A DNA stretch of 64,000 nt, from assembly GCF_000760515.2 (NCBI RefSeq), contig NW_013546667.1:1-64000 (forward strand), read 5' to 3'. The notes under the pieces are model-generated. The model was not told the DNA's origin, ran no database searches, and saw only the letters and a program-made list of their open reading frames with translations. Position 1 is the stretch's first letter; each line of letters begins with the position of its first letter. Positions 36,241 through 49,079 of this stretch are shown in pieces. The position numbers and the translations under genes are program-made. This stretch comes from Mitosporidium daphniae (lineage: Eukaryota).

Positions 36241-38331
36241 ATGCAGGAAACGAAATGCCCGTCGCCGCATAAGACAGATGAAGAATTTCCGGAGGCTCAG
36301 GAAAGTATCGAAAATGCACTTGAAAAAAAATCGCACAGCGGGTCTTTGCTGTTAAATTCGCATCCCAGGGCAACGCTCCGAACTCTTAGTCTAAGCTCGT
36401 TTACACAAGCATGTTCCATATCTTCCGTCTCCATGATCCAAACAGTGTCAGAACCAGATGAACCGAGCATCGAGATATATCCCACGTCTAGTGATGTCTC
36501 CGAAATCCCTGCAATGCCAACACTTCCTCCCGAGCCTAATGGTAAAGGCAGTCTGGCTTGCGCCCGGTCCCCACTGGCATCCACCTCTCATGCAGAGTGC
36601 CAGCCCGAAGTTGAAGTTCAACATGCACGATTTGAGTGCACCCCACGCTCTGAGTTTACTGCGATTTCAAATAACTCGACCAGTGTCAACCCTTATGGGA
36701 CCAGAATTGGAAAAAATCACTCCAGCTACCTGTTGATGTATTACATGCTGACTGGAATTCGATCGGCTGTTTTGAAGGGAGAAGAAAAATACACACAAAT
36801 AGCGGCGCCTTCTTTTGAGGGAATCGACAAAAAGACATGCAAGAAGCGTGTCAAGCTTTCCCTTGAAAACAAGGAGACCACTGGCGGTTGCTGCTCATGT
36901 TCCAAACGAAAAAGTAGAGAATTCAGAGACTATGCGCCGATCGCTTTTAGGTTTTTGCGAAAGCAATTTTTCATCGATACTGAAGACTACCTGGTAAGTT
37001 GCGAATGCCATTTATTTCTGATAGACTTCCCTCACCCCTAGATATGTGCTCTCTGAATTGGGTAGCCCCGGGAGAAGTGGATCGTTTTTTTACTATTCCC
37101 ACGACTACCGATTTCTTATAAAAACCATTGGAAAGGTGGAGCATTCGTCCCTTCTCAGTTTGCTGCCAGACTATTGCGCACACGTCAAAAGGTTGGTTCA
37201 AGTTATTTTTATTTCGGTTTTAGATTTCCAAACACGCTCTTAACACGGTTTTTAGGTCTACATCGAATAAGTGGATTGCGGCCAGGGTCTCCGCCCATTT
37301 ATTTTGTTGTGATGGGAAATGTATTTCCACCGTCAAAGGACATCCACGAAATTTACGATTTGAAAGGATCTTTTCACGGGCGTCAAGTATCTGTTCGAAA
37401 GCTTACAAGATGCCCTAGAGAACCAAGAAAAGACCTTAATTGGTTGCGTTCCGGAAAGAAATTGCTCCTTTCGCCACGAAAAGCGGCACTTGTGATGACT
37501 CAATTGGAACATGATGTCGAGTTCCTTACTTCATGCAACATTATGGACTATTCGCTTCTTGTTGGCATCCACTCCATACAAAGAGGAAATCGAGAAAGGA
37601 TAAGAGATAAGGCGCTTTCTGTGTTTGAAACGGCGCCTATCGAAGAGGGCCACGCAAACCAGCCCGCTGATCGGGATTTGACGTCCTCAAATGTGCACCG
37701 CCATCACAAAAAGAACAAGCGGCGATACCCATCTTCCATTAAATCTGCATTGGTTGGGTTCGCTCGTCCCTTAACACAAGAGGACCCCATCTGCTTGATG
37801 GAGCAAAGTGATGATGCCGCAAATAGATCGGCAACCATCAACCAGCTGCAGCAATCCTCTTTGCCATCCTTTCACAACAGTAAGCACAACGCTCCTGCTG
37901 AGAGGTCCAATTTTGTATTCTACAGCGAAGAGGGAGGAATCCTCTCTGGAACAGAAGAAGCTTTCCGAAATCCCGTCACGGTAGCGCCAGAACGGCCAAC
38001 GGAAATTTATTATCTCGGAATCATAGATATTTTAACGCCATATTCGTGTAAGAAGCAAATTGAGCACGCCTTTAAGTCGTTTCGCTCTTCCAGCCTGTCC
38101 ATTTCGGCCGTATCCCCCGCTGTATACAGTCGCCGCTTTTTGGCGTTCATGAGAAGATGTGTTTTGAACCAGGAGAATAGCAACTCCTCGTCAATTCAAA
38201 CGTCAAAACAAATAGAAAAATATTTAACCCTTATGATCTCCCAGTCTGAATACGAGCTATCTCTTGCCTCATCCATGGTGACCTCTGCCGCTGTAAATAC
38301 AACAACAGTGCAGCCGTATCAGCAAAACTGA
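36241..38331 (+). CDS. MSS4: Phosphatidylinositol-4-phosphate 5-kinase
   Basis: DYAP..FR.LR, SPGRSGSFFY, IKT, YDLKGS, MDYSLL and GIIDIL; 2 introns. Confidence 0.93.
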
Positions 38332-38406
38332 TCGCCCAATTTTGGTAACTTAAACAAATTATGTAAATTGCGTATCTGAAAATGAAAGCACAAATTGATG
38401 TCTTCT

Positions 38407-38456
38407 AGCCCAGCCCAGCCCAGCCCAGCCCAGCCCAGCCCAGCCCAGCCCAGCCC
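38407..38456. repeat. (AGCCC)10 pentanucleotide microsatellite
   Basis: Ten perfect copies read directly from the sequence. Confidence 0.98.
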
Positions 38457-38534
38457 GCTCTAAGCCCTTTCTGCGTATAAACGTTTATTTCGGTCAAGTA
38501 TTCCATACCACTTTATTGATGAGATCGCTGTATT

Positions 38535-39769
38535 TTACATCACAATTCTTGGCTCAGTAATACTTGTCGAAATCTCTTTATGGGGAAGAATGCAGCCCCC
38601 ATTTATATAAACCTAAAATTATTGCTAAACAACACCAACTTCATCACCGACGATCACATCATCACCGAGGATGGAGATTCCCTCCACTCTGCTCCATCTT
38701 CCAACATGGGAGTTCCAGCCAATGATAGAGTTCTGCACAAAAGAATGGGACTTGATGTTGCATTTTTCAAAAATAACAGAGCGGGAGATTCTCACGCCAT
38801 CACCGATGGTGACTCCGGGACCAATGACCACATCTGGTCCTAATTTACAGTCAGCTCCTATCTTGGCTGTGGGATGCACAAGGATGTTTCCAACACAATT
38901 CAAGTCGCCCAGAGATTGTTTAGAAAGCTTTGGAGATAGGTGGTTTAAATACAGACCAGTTCCAGCAAGGTAATCTTTTGGCTGGCCCACGTCCATCCAA
39001 AATCCATCCAAATCAAAAGCATGTAGCTGCTCATCATACGCCATCAAGGGGAAAACTTCCTTCTCAATGGATGTCGGTTTTGGCTCAATACGCTGCAAAA
39101 TTGCCGGAGTGAAAAGATAAATCCCGGCATTAATTCGATTTGAGACAAACTCTTTCGGTTTTTCCACAAATTGGTCAATAAGCGTGGGCGAGGCTGCGTG
39201 TCCGTTTAATTGATCGCCGCCAAACGAAGGGCCATCGTGGTCGCTTTGATTGTTTGCGCGCGTAACTATCACGCCATATTTAGATGGCTCCTCGACTCGA
39301 GTTACCAAAATGGTGCCTTCTTTGCCGTGTGCTTTGTGGAACTCAATCTAATCTTGTAAAAAGGTGCCAAGCTACCATTTTGGCAAAAGGGAAATCGCAA
39401 ATGATGTCCGAGTTCAAGACAAAAAAGGACTCGTTAGGGGTTTCATTAAAAATGGCCTTCGCCAAGGCAAGAGGGCCTGCCGTGCCAAGCGGTTCGGTTT
39501 CCACGGAAAACGTAATTTTGACGTTATATTTAGACTCGTAGTCCTTCATATGGGCAACCATGATTTCAGGCCGATAGTTGACGGCAAGGATGATATCGGT
39601 CACGCCAACGGCAACCAATGCCTCGATTTGATGCAAAATCATGGGTTGATTGGCAAACGGAACCAGCGGCTTTGGAAGAGTAAGCGTGAGCGGACGCAAT
39701 CTGGTTCCAAATCCTATTACAGTTAGGCCTCTGAGAAAACGGACCTCCAACAAGAATTAATGCCTTCAT
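38535..39769 (-). CDS. PSA1: Mannose-1-phosphate guanyltransferase
   Basis: [24 protein letters not shown] and [10 protein letters not shown], plus a hexapeptide-repeat C-terminus; 3 introns. Confidence 0.97.
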
Positions 39770-40039
39770 GGTAGTGTGTTTGTAGCGTGAAGAGTTTTGC
39801 GTTTGTAAAAGCTAAAAATTGATTTTATTTCATCAAACTTGCATTTTTTCCTTGATCTTTTTGATCCGGCTGTGATCCGCTACGACTTTGATTTGCATGA
39901 CACGGACCCTATTCGCCAACCCATCAAGTGATTAAACATACAGATCAGTTGAAATGTGGAAAGCCAATCAAAATTGGTGACAAGGTAGATTTATGTGTTA
40001 CATCATCAACTTTTTGTCCGCTCAAAAAGAAGCATAAAC

Positions 40040-41646
40040 CTAAATGAGGCGCCAGGATCCAAAAACGGCAGCGAATTCAACATTTTGAGCTTCTAAAAAT
40101 GAAGGCAAAATCAATACCATCTTGTATGGTGTCAAAGCATCGGGGCATTTTGTGGCCAGAGATTCCCATGCCACGATAAAGTCATACACACAGGCATTGT
40201 CTGTAATCCATGTCCCAAGTTCAGAACAAGACAGTTGCTCTAAAGTCTGCCGCTCGTTTTTATTTCCCGGAAAAAGAGAAAATCTAAACATAAGCTGCAT
40301 ACGGCCTACCTATTTACATGGGGGAAATTTTTCAAAAACGGCGGTTCCATGTGGACATAGTCTAGTTTGGCCTCCGGTCGCAAGACGCCAGCATAAAGAG
40401 GTGCCGCGTGGGAAAAAAGAAAGAACACGCTTTTCGTGCCAACGATCTTGTTCAAGTGATCGGTGATGGCAATTCCAGCGGTCGAAAAGCCTCTGCAATA
40501 TAACACCGATACAATTGCCGAAATGGCAAACGAAGCCGATATAAAAATGGCTTTCTTCCGGTGAGTGATTTTTGTTGAGTGGTAAAAACGATGAAACCCG
40601 ATCCCCGTAATCATATTCATCATCGGGAAGATGGGCAGCAAAAAGCGCAACTCCTTGTGAGGCACCAAAGACAAAATACAAATAAAAGGCAGCATAAATC
40701 CGAACAAAGATCGATCACAGCTTACAGATCCCAGCACAAAAAAGGGTGCCAATGGCCCCAGTAGGATGGGAATCGCGCAGAAAAAGTACCAAAGCAGCGG
40801 ATGCGTCCCATAATACGAACTGACTCCCTCGTCTCCAAGATTGATGCAGAAAAAATTGTACCACGTCAAGAGCCACCGCTGATAGAACACAAAATCGACA
40901 AAAAGCCCCAGCCCAATGATGAGGCAACTAAAGGATTAATGCTATCAGTGGTCAGTGTACATTGTGAACACAGAAATCGTTATCATTCTCAGCATGTCCG
41001 TCTTTTCTGTGAGCTTGAAAAACAAGAGGACCCATGGAATGACCCAGAGAATGGCTAGTGTGGGCCGGATTAAGGTTCCTATGCCCACAATACATAGAGG
41101 AATAAACAACTTTGACACTTTGTCGCTGCCGCTCCATGGCCAAAAATAATATGCCAAAAGAGAGAGACATGCCTCGATGGAATTGGATGAGGCCCGTGTC
41201 GAGTATGTAAAATTAAAGTGCGATAGCAACGTGGTAAGTAGCGTCCAAGCTGCAACTTCGGCTCCATGATTATTGAGCGAAATGACGTAAATGAAATAGT
41301 CGGTGATGGCTGCAAAAACAGACATTACGACTCTCGGCGCGTATTTCTAGCACATTATGAAATCGAGAGTGGCTACCATTAAAAGAAAATTTTCTTCCAG
41401 CTTGAGCAGCCTTAATAAAGCGTATATTGGCGTAAATGCAAGCAAAGGAAAAAGTGACGATCTGCTTCCTTTGATCCATTCCCAAGTAAGGCCACGACCT
41501 TCGATCCGCGGATTGATCCAGTTGTAAGCGACCTCCATGGATTGCCAATATTCGTCTGGGTCGAGGTAAGAAGTAATAAAGATCGAATTCACAATGCGAA
41601 AGATCAAAATCGACAGAGCTATCCAATTGATACGGCACTTTTGCAT
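40040..41646 (-). CDS. GPI10: GPI mannosyltransferase 3 (PIG-B)
   Basis: PDEYWQSMEVA, LTWEW, RPT and HKELRFLLP; multiple TM segments; 3 introns. Confidence 0.9.
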
Positions 41647-41837
41647 CCGGAAAAATTGCAATAAAAGTGAAAAAAACCGTAAATTGTTCCTAATTCGCAT
41701 TCAGTTAAAAGCTTATCACGATTTTACTAAAACGCAGTGTTCCAATGATGGCGGTCTCCATCACATTGGGAATTTATCGGGTGCGTGGGAACTTTGACGT
41801 TGCTAAATTATCAATTATTTATTTTGTCAAATTCTTG

Positions 41838-42497
41838 CTAAATTGGAGCGAGCAAGGAGTATGCTAGTAGCGAACTTGAAGCCAGCATCCTGGACCAGAA
41901 GCGAGGCACATGTTTTCGAATCCAAAAAACGATCAGCAATACGAAAAAGAGGGTGGCACCTATCCCCATTGCCCTTGGATTTTTAAGCTTTGTGTTGAGT
42001 TTTTCTGCGAATTTCTCAAGGGACACGAAAAGTTGATTTCCTCTGATTGCCTCGACCCACCCTCCACGTTTGCCCGATTTTTGTTCGATTTTTAGACTGT
42101 AAATTTGATGAACCTTCTCGGATGGAGGCTCACCAAGCGCCCTTTTCATTCTCACATGCGTGAAATACTCTTCTTTGGCAACTCCGATTTGTGAATACCC
42201 ATCGACAAGGATAAGTAAATGCTTTTCAAACAACGCATCGGGCATCAGAGAGATTTTGTCTGAACATTTCAATTTGAAGAATATTTCCATATATTCGTCG
42301 AATTCCGGTAACAACTTGGATTCGGCAATTAAGCCAAATCCAGACAATACCGTTAAGTAGATGTCCAGAGCATGAAAAATGGATGAGTCGCCTAGGCTTG
42401 TGTCAATATTGCTTTCAAGCCACGATGGGAACGACTCCACGAGCGAAACGTGCTCCCCCTTTCTGTAGAGCACGTCAAAAGAGCTCGTTGATGACAT
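41838..42497 (-). CDS. Hypothetical tail-anchored membrane protein
   Basis: 219-aa ORF with a single C-terminal TM segment followed by basic residues. Confidence 0.6.
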   Translation of the reverse strand: MSSTSSFDVLYRKGEHVSLVESFPSWLESNIDTSLGDSSIFHALDIYLTVLSGFGLIAESKLLPEFDEYMEIFFKLKCSDKISLMPDALFEKHLLILVDGYSQIGVAKEEYFTHVRMKRALGEPPSEKVHQIYSLKIEQKSGKRGGWVEAIRGNQLFVSLEKFAEKLNTKLKNPRAMGIGATLFFVLLIVFWIRKHVPRFWSRMLASSSLLAYSLLAPI

Positions 42498-42534
42498 CAA
42501 ATTTTAAATTTACAAATTTCAGCCATCTAGCTTT

Positions 42535-44701
42535 ATGGGCGACAATTTCGCCAGAAAACTGGAAATTAAAATTGATGGGATACGAACCTCAAGGCCCTTG
42601 ACGCGTCCTCTTCTTCGGATTAGCTTTGGTGGCTTCTATATGAAAGATGGGGGTCTCACCCAATTACCAGCAGATTGCACCTTGTGCACCTCTTCCTGTT
42701 CCCCATTACTATTACCGATTGATTCGTCATTTTCATCTCAATTTTCATCACCACTTGTTTCCCCATTATCATCCCCTTCTTGTAAAGCCCAATTTTTGTC
42801 CCAGCCTACTTCTTTGGTGCAAAGTGTTGACCAGTTTCCAATATCTTACTTGTGGTCATCCAACGATAATCCCGATTCAGATGATGGCGATTCTATTTCT
42901 GTGAGCTCTTTTAGATCACCGTCTCTGTTCAACTACATGTCTTCTGTAATTTTTGGCAGAAATCAAAATGCAGAAGAGGTTTCTTTTACGGGGCGTTCTT
43001 TTTTCTTTCCCCTTTCTGAGCATGGATTACTGTTTGACAGTGTCACTATTGGGGTGTATGAATACTGCATTATTGGTGGGTTTCGATTGGTTGGAACACT
43101 CGGATTGAGCCCCCCATATCACGCCGCCTCAAAGGGATGGAGGGAGTTGGAATCTCGCTCCGGGACTACCTCGCGGATTTTGGCTCGAGTTTCCACCATG
43201 ATCATGAATGGAACACCTGTCCCTCTACCTTTCACTATTGATGATAATCTTAACGATGCCAATCAAAATGGCAGTCCTCAACAGCGCCAGATTTCTCCTA
43301 CACGGCTGCCGCTTTGGTTGAGGCCTCTCAGGACGCTTCTAGATGAAGATACAGTTAATCTCGGCGTCAGGGTGCTTCTGAAATTGCTCACTTCGTTTGG
43401 ACAGGGCTTGGAAACATACTCGCACTCCACACTGTTGGGTGCTTTGATCATCCTTGCACGCTTTGAGACGTGGAAGCGAAAGAACGGGCTGTGCTCCCTT
43501 ACACCTGTTTGTAAAAAAATGCAAAACTGCATTCGAGATCAGACGGCAATAGATTCGGCAAGGCATGCCTTCAAATTTGCGATTGCCTCGTACGGATGGA
43601 AGGGGCTCACACTTCTTGGAAGGCGTAGCTTCCAAAACATAATCACCAACCCAAGCTCGGAAAAGAGCGCTATCTTGAATTATTTGGATTTGAAGGAGTG
43701 CGACCTGCTTCATATTACACAGTCCAATGAGCTTTTCCAGCCGCATTGCGTCATCTTTTATGATGTTAGGTCTTGTGATGGCCCCTCGATTGTTGTGGCT
43801 CTACGCGGTTCTCTCAGCGCTGCTGACTGGATAACTAGTTTTGGTGGAGAGTATATTCCATGGAATGGTGGGTTTCTGCATTCAGGCGTTGCCAAAGCAG
43901 CCCAGTATGTAAAACAAGAAATACTTCCCATGGCGTTTTCATATGCTCAAGAGATGAATGTACCCAAGATCTTACTGACTGGTCATTCTTTGGGCGGTGC
44001 AGCCGCACTGCTCACGCTTCTTTTCCATTTTTTTGATGATGAGGATGAAAATGAAGATAACGGTATTTTGTTGCAGGCATGTTCTTTTGGTGCGCCGCCA
44101 ATTGTCTCCATAGAGCTTCTCCCGCTATTTCAAGGTCTTTCGGCTACATCTTATATCTTCGGAGGCGATGTAGTGCCAAGAATCTCATATGGCTCACTGA
44201 TGGACTACAGGGCCCTGATTGTCCAGGCTACATCCCATGTGTCGTTGAAGAACATTTTGAATCCGGTATCCTTAATGCCTTATTTTAGATCATTGGTTCA
44301 ACCATCCGCTCAAGTGATGAGGACTCTTCCTCTTCCTCGTTGATGTTTAGAGTTTTACTTGCTACTGAGCAGCAGAGTTTGATAGCATCGCCATACCCAA
44401 AGGTAGGTTTTTGCTAAACTAGCAATAGATGTATGTTCCGGGGCGATTGCTTTATATTTACGACGTGGAGGACGGACTTCCCGTGGAGACGCCCAAATCT
44501 CCCACTTCCACGCCGGTAACAAGAAACGCCGACGATCCAAGCAAATTTGATAAGTTTACTGCTGTCGTGGAGTGCGATACCTTGCTTTTTGGACAATTTT
44601 TCATACAGCCATATATGATTGCACAGCACAATCCAATCGCATATGACGATGCCATTTACAATGCTTCGCAAAGCATCCTTCGCGGGGCGTTAAACATGTA
44701 A
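42535..44701 (+). CDS. Class 3 lipase (DAG-lipase-like)
   Basis: ALRGS, HSG, TGHSLGG, FGAPP and GDVVPR; 2 introns. Confidence 0.88.
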
Positions 44702-44743
44702 ATAAAATAAAATAAAATAAATTTAAACTTGGAGCTGTAATTA

Positions 44744-46051
44744 ATGCATGTGGCCATAGTTGGATGTGGTCATGGAAAGCTTACTGCAATCTACGAAGAG
44801 ATTGCCAAAGCTGAAGGTCAGGCTCCAAGTGTCAAAGTAGAACTTTTGATCATCTGTGGCGATTTCCAGGTAACCTTTGTTCCATATTTCTAGGCTGTCC
44901 GGAACAAGTACGACCTTTCACGCATGGCTGCTCCTGACAAATATAAGAAGATGGAGGATTTCCATCTTTACTATTCGGGAGCACTGAAAGCGCCAATCCC
45001 AACCCTGTTTATAGGAGGCAACCATGAGGCTCCAAACTACTTGTGGGAGCTATGGCATGGCGGCTGGGTTGCCCCTTCCATTTACTATATGGGCTCCTCG
45101 GGGGTCATTTGGTTCGGTGGGCTTCGCATTGCCGGCATTTCAGGGATTTACAAGTCTCATGATTACCTGAGGTCTTTTTCGGCCAATGAAAATCCTCCTT
45201 CTTTTAATAATCATGGCCCTCCTCCTCGATCGCCCTATCACTATCGGCAGTTGGAGATTGAAAAGCTCTCGATGATCGATACATTGGTAGATGTGATGAT
45301 CTCACATGATTGGCCCAATCGAATTTTCTCTTATGGATCTGTTCCTGATCTTATAAGGAGAAAGCCACATTTCCAAGGAGATATAAAAACTGATGAAGGT
45401 CTGGGATCTCCTCCCCTGATGGATCTTTTGAAAAAGCTGAAACCTCGCTTTTGGTTTTCCGGCCATTTGCATGTCAAATACCCAGCGATCTACTCTCATC
45501 AAGGTACAACGCCTAGATCCCTACAGGCGGAAAACACTCGTTTATTTAAGGCCTCCTCCCATGTTTTTCAAATACCAGAACAAGAAGGCCCATATTGCAC
45601 CCGGTTTTTAGCACTTGATAAGTCGCTGCCGAGGAGACAATTTTTGCAGGTATTTTTACATTGCGAATGTATGTGATAGATCCTCTATATTCCGGAACAA
45701 GTGGCAGAGAGGCCCCCTGTGTTTTCTTATGACCCCGAGTGGATTTCAATACTAAGGAAGACCAACAACAGACTGGAGGGCCTTATGCCCTGGTCTGAAC
45801 CACATAGTTGTGAAGAACACGTAGAAGACAACGCTGGTGATATTAGTACCTTCCTGATACCTGAATCCTTTGAACGGATTGCCCCATCTTTTCAAGAGGA
45901 ATCCCAGGGAACGGGCAACTTTTCTAAAGGTATTTTGGCTTATTTACGTGTAGAGAGATTTTATCCCAATCCGCAGACATTAAATTTTTGTAAACTAATT
46001 GGAGTTCCATGTTGTGTATATCCCCCCTCTTCCCCCTCACCCTCGATGTGA
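44744..46051 (+). CDS. DBR1: Lariat debranching enzyme
   Basis: GCGHG, CGDFQAVRN, GGNHEA, SHDWP, HLHVKY and FLALDK; 3 introns. Confidence 0.95.
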
Positions 46052-46085
46052 TGAAACTTCCGTTTAAATAAAGTTCATACTTTTC

Positions 46086-46175
46086 ATGAGAATTAAAATG
46101 AACAAACATTAGCAATGAGAATTAAAATGAACAAATATTGGAAATAGGAAATTACACGGGACAAATATTGGAAAT
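46086..46175. repeat. Degenerate 29-30 bp tandem repeat
   Basis: ATGAGAATTAAAATGAACAAA occurs at 46086 and 46115; ACAAATATTGGAAAT occurs at 46131 and 46161. Confidence 0.8.
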
Positions 46176-46213
46176 GTAAAGTTTATCGTGTTTTTGGAGC
46201 CTAGTTATGGCAA

Positions 46214-47086
46214 ATGGTATATTTTCAAAATTTAATAATGAAGTCCGCTCGCCAATTAGGACAGGGCTCTTCGCAAATAGAAAATGAAGAAAACGAGCTG
46301 CTATTTGGCATTCTACCGAACAGTACCACAGACAATGAAGAAACCAATACGGACCTTGGTGCCGTGAAAAAAAAAAGGAAACAAACCACCGTACCCGCCA
46401 CTCGTGCAAAGTTAAATGAAGAAAGGTTTCCATTTGCGTAATCTAATTGTAGATTGCTTGGTCCTGTTGGATTCCCGGCCCTCGTTAAGCTAATAGATTC
46501 ACATACTGCAAATGGCGCCAGGCCCTTTATACGAAATCCAAAAGACTGCGTATGTTTCTATTTTTGATTTTAGAAAGCAGGACTCTCCATCGTATTGGAA
46601 CTATACAAGGAATGGGCGCACGTGCTATTTCCTCGATTTAAATCAAAAGATGTTCTGAGGACCGTCGAACAGAAATGCCACTCCAAACTCTTTAGCGTAC
46701 TAGCTGCTTTTAAGATTTATTTTTAGCATTTGATAAACAGGTGGTATGCGACCTGGAAATCAGCAAAATTAACGGCCGAGGGAAAGCCCGTTCCACTTTC
46801 TGTAATATTGAATGAAGAAAAAGAAAACAATATCGAAAGATCTCAAGTGGAACCAGAAGAGTTCAATCTTACATTTGATCAAGACAATATTACGGATAAC
46901 TTCAATGCAAATAACGATAATACCATTCCAATTGCAATTCCTGAATGGCTAGAAGAGCGGGAAAAGACAATTAGATCCATTTTGGAGGATGCTTCTTCAT
47001 CCAACAAAGCTCATCAAGTGGAAAAGACTTTTGAATTTCAAGACGACAATCTTTCCGATAGCGAATTTGATTCAGTAAATTTTTAA
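46214..47086 (+). CDS. CSM3: Replication fork protection subunit Csm3/Swi3/TIPIN
   Basis: Spliced: KLNEERLLGPVGFPAL...YKEWAHVLFPRF..KD; 3 introns. Confidence 0.8.
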
Positions 47087-47126
47087 ATTTTAATTTGGCA
47101 ATTCAAATTTTAATCACAAATTCCAT

Positions 47127-47576
<450 letters not shown>

Positions 47577-47672
47577 TTAACAAAAATAAATCCAAAAATT
47601 TCGAAAATAAAGTTTATTTTTTGTATTCTCCTGATTGGTCATCTTGTAAAAATAAACTTTAAATTTCCATCC

Positions 47673-47981
47673 ATGTGTTCGGATCTGACCGCGGATGCTG
47701 ATTTGGAGAATGCCGCTTTGATGAGCGTGCGCGTAAAGTGGGAAGACCCAAGCCACATTTTAGGTATCAAATTTTTCGAGCATTTGCTGGAGCGTACATT
47801 GACTTCGTATGATGGCATTCTTTGCGGAGCAGCCATAATTACGATTTTGTCGTTTGACGAGGGAAACCAGAAGGCAGCCATCTCCATTGTGCCCCAATCC
47901 AAAGCGAGCAACCTTAAATGTGCGCTTTATTTCCTCACCTCATACCAAGGCATCAAGTGTAGGGCTTTTATTGATGCTTAA
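47673..47981 (+). CDS. RNase P/MRP subunit Rpp14/Pop8-like
   Basis: 102-aa ORF; F..LL...L....G..CGAA...IL..D.....A....L..AL..LTSY.G..C pattern. Confidence 0.6.
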   Translation: MCSDLTADADLENAALMSVRVKWEDPSHILGIKFFEHLLERTLTSYDGILCGAAIITILSFDEGNQKAAISIVPQSKASNLKCALYFLTSYQGIKCRAFIDA

Positions 47982-48008
47982 GATTGTTTGTTTTGCTTTA
48001 TTTTTTAA

Positions 48009-49060
48009 ATGATCTCTTTACTCTTGTGCATAAATCCAACAGCCTCGGGGTATTCTTCGACAGAATTTTCTTCTATTTCTTCAAACCAAATAAATAATGG
48101 CAAGGATTTTTCGATTTCCGTATTCATCTCCAAGCATAATGGAGATATTATAGACACGGTCCGAGAAGCGTGCATAGCAAAGCAAAATAGCATCCAAACG
48201 TTGGTAATTGTTGCGGTTGGTGGTGATGGAACCCTAAACCAGGTGATAAATGGATATATGAGGGCTATGGAGACAAATAGAAAAGGAAGTATTTATCTAT
48301 CTCAAATCGCCCTAGGTGAGTATCCCACTCTTTATCTTATGACAAAGGAACGGCCTGTGACTTTCTAGAAAGTATTCCGGGTATTGAAAGGACGTCGGTT
48401 AATCGGTTTCTCCTTTCACTGATGTCTTCAAAGCATAGGCGGATTCTCTATTCAGATCTCAACTGCGGGCTAATCACCTTCAAGTGTGGCGCGAAAAGAT
48501 ATTTCTGTAATATCGCTTCGGTGGGGATTTCATCGCTTGTTTTGCAATCAATGTCTAAATATCGACGGCTCTCCAGCGCGATCAAGGCCTCCCCTCTTAG
48601 ATCGGTTTCGTATTTTGTGTGGACAATATTTCTGTTGATATTTTCTGTCCGATGGAAGGAAATTGAGTTGCAATGTTCTTCCAGTAACTTTAAGGAAAGC
48701 TCTATTTTTGCCTGTATTTCAATTGGATCCTGCTTTGGAGGTGGAATTTCTGTGTCGCCCTCATCAGACCCGTCAAACCCGAATGCATCGTACTTGCAAG
48801 TGGTAAAAAAGTTCCGTTGGCTGAATTTTTTACTATTGCCGTTGCTTATGTTGACCTTTCCTTTTTGTATGATGCTAAGGCTTTTGAAATGTCATGTTCC
48901 GTTACATTTCCTGTCTTATGAGTACAAATACTCGGATAAAATTTTCCTTTCATCAAATGCGGTGGACATTGCAATCGAATGCGACGGCGAGGTTGTCGGA
49001 GAGCTGCCGGTGACCGTGGAAGTTCTTCCACAATCGCTACCTTGGATGTCCTTTAGATAA
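48009..49060 (+). CDS. YegS/DAGK-family lipid kinase
   Basis: INPTASG, VGGDGTLNQVING, LGTACDF (across intron 48316-48347), FGGGI and DGEVVGELP. Confidence 0.85.
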
Positions 49061-49079
49061 TTAAAATTTTAATTGAAAA

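Noticed and set aside
46086..46175. Repeat-spacer-like pattern resembling CRISPR
   Set aside because: Only two copies of each AT-rich unit, no cas genes, and a eukaryotic context.
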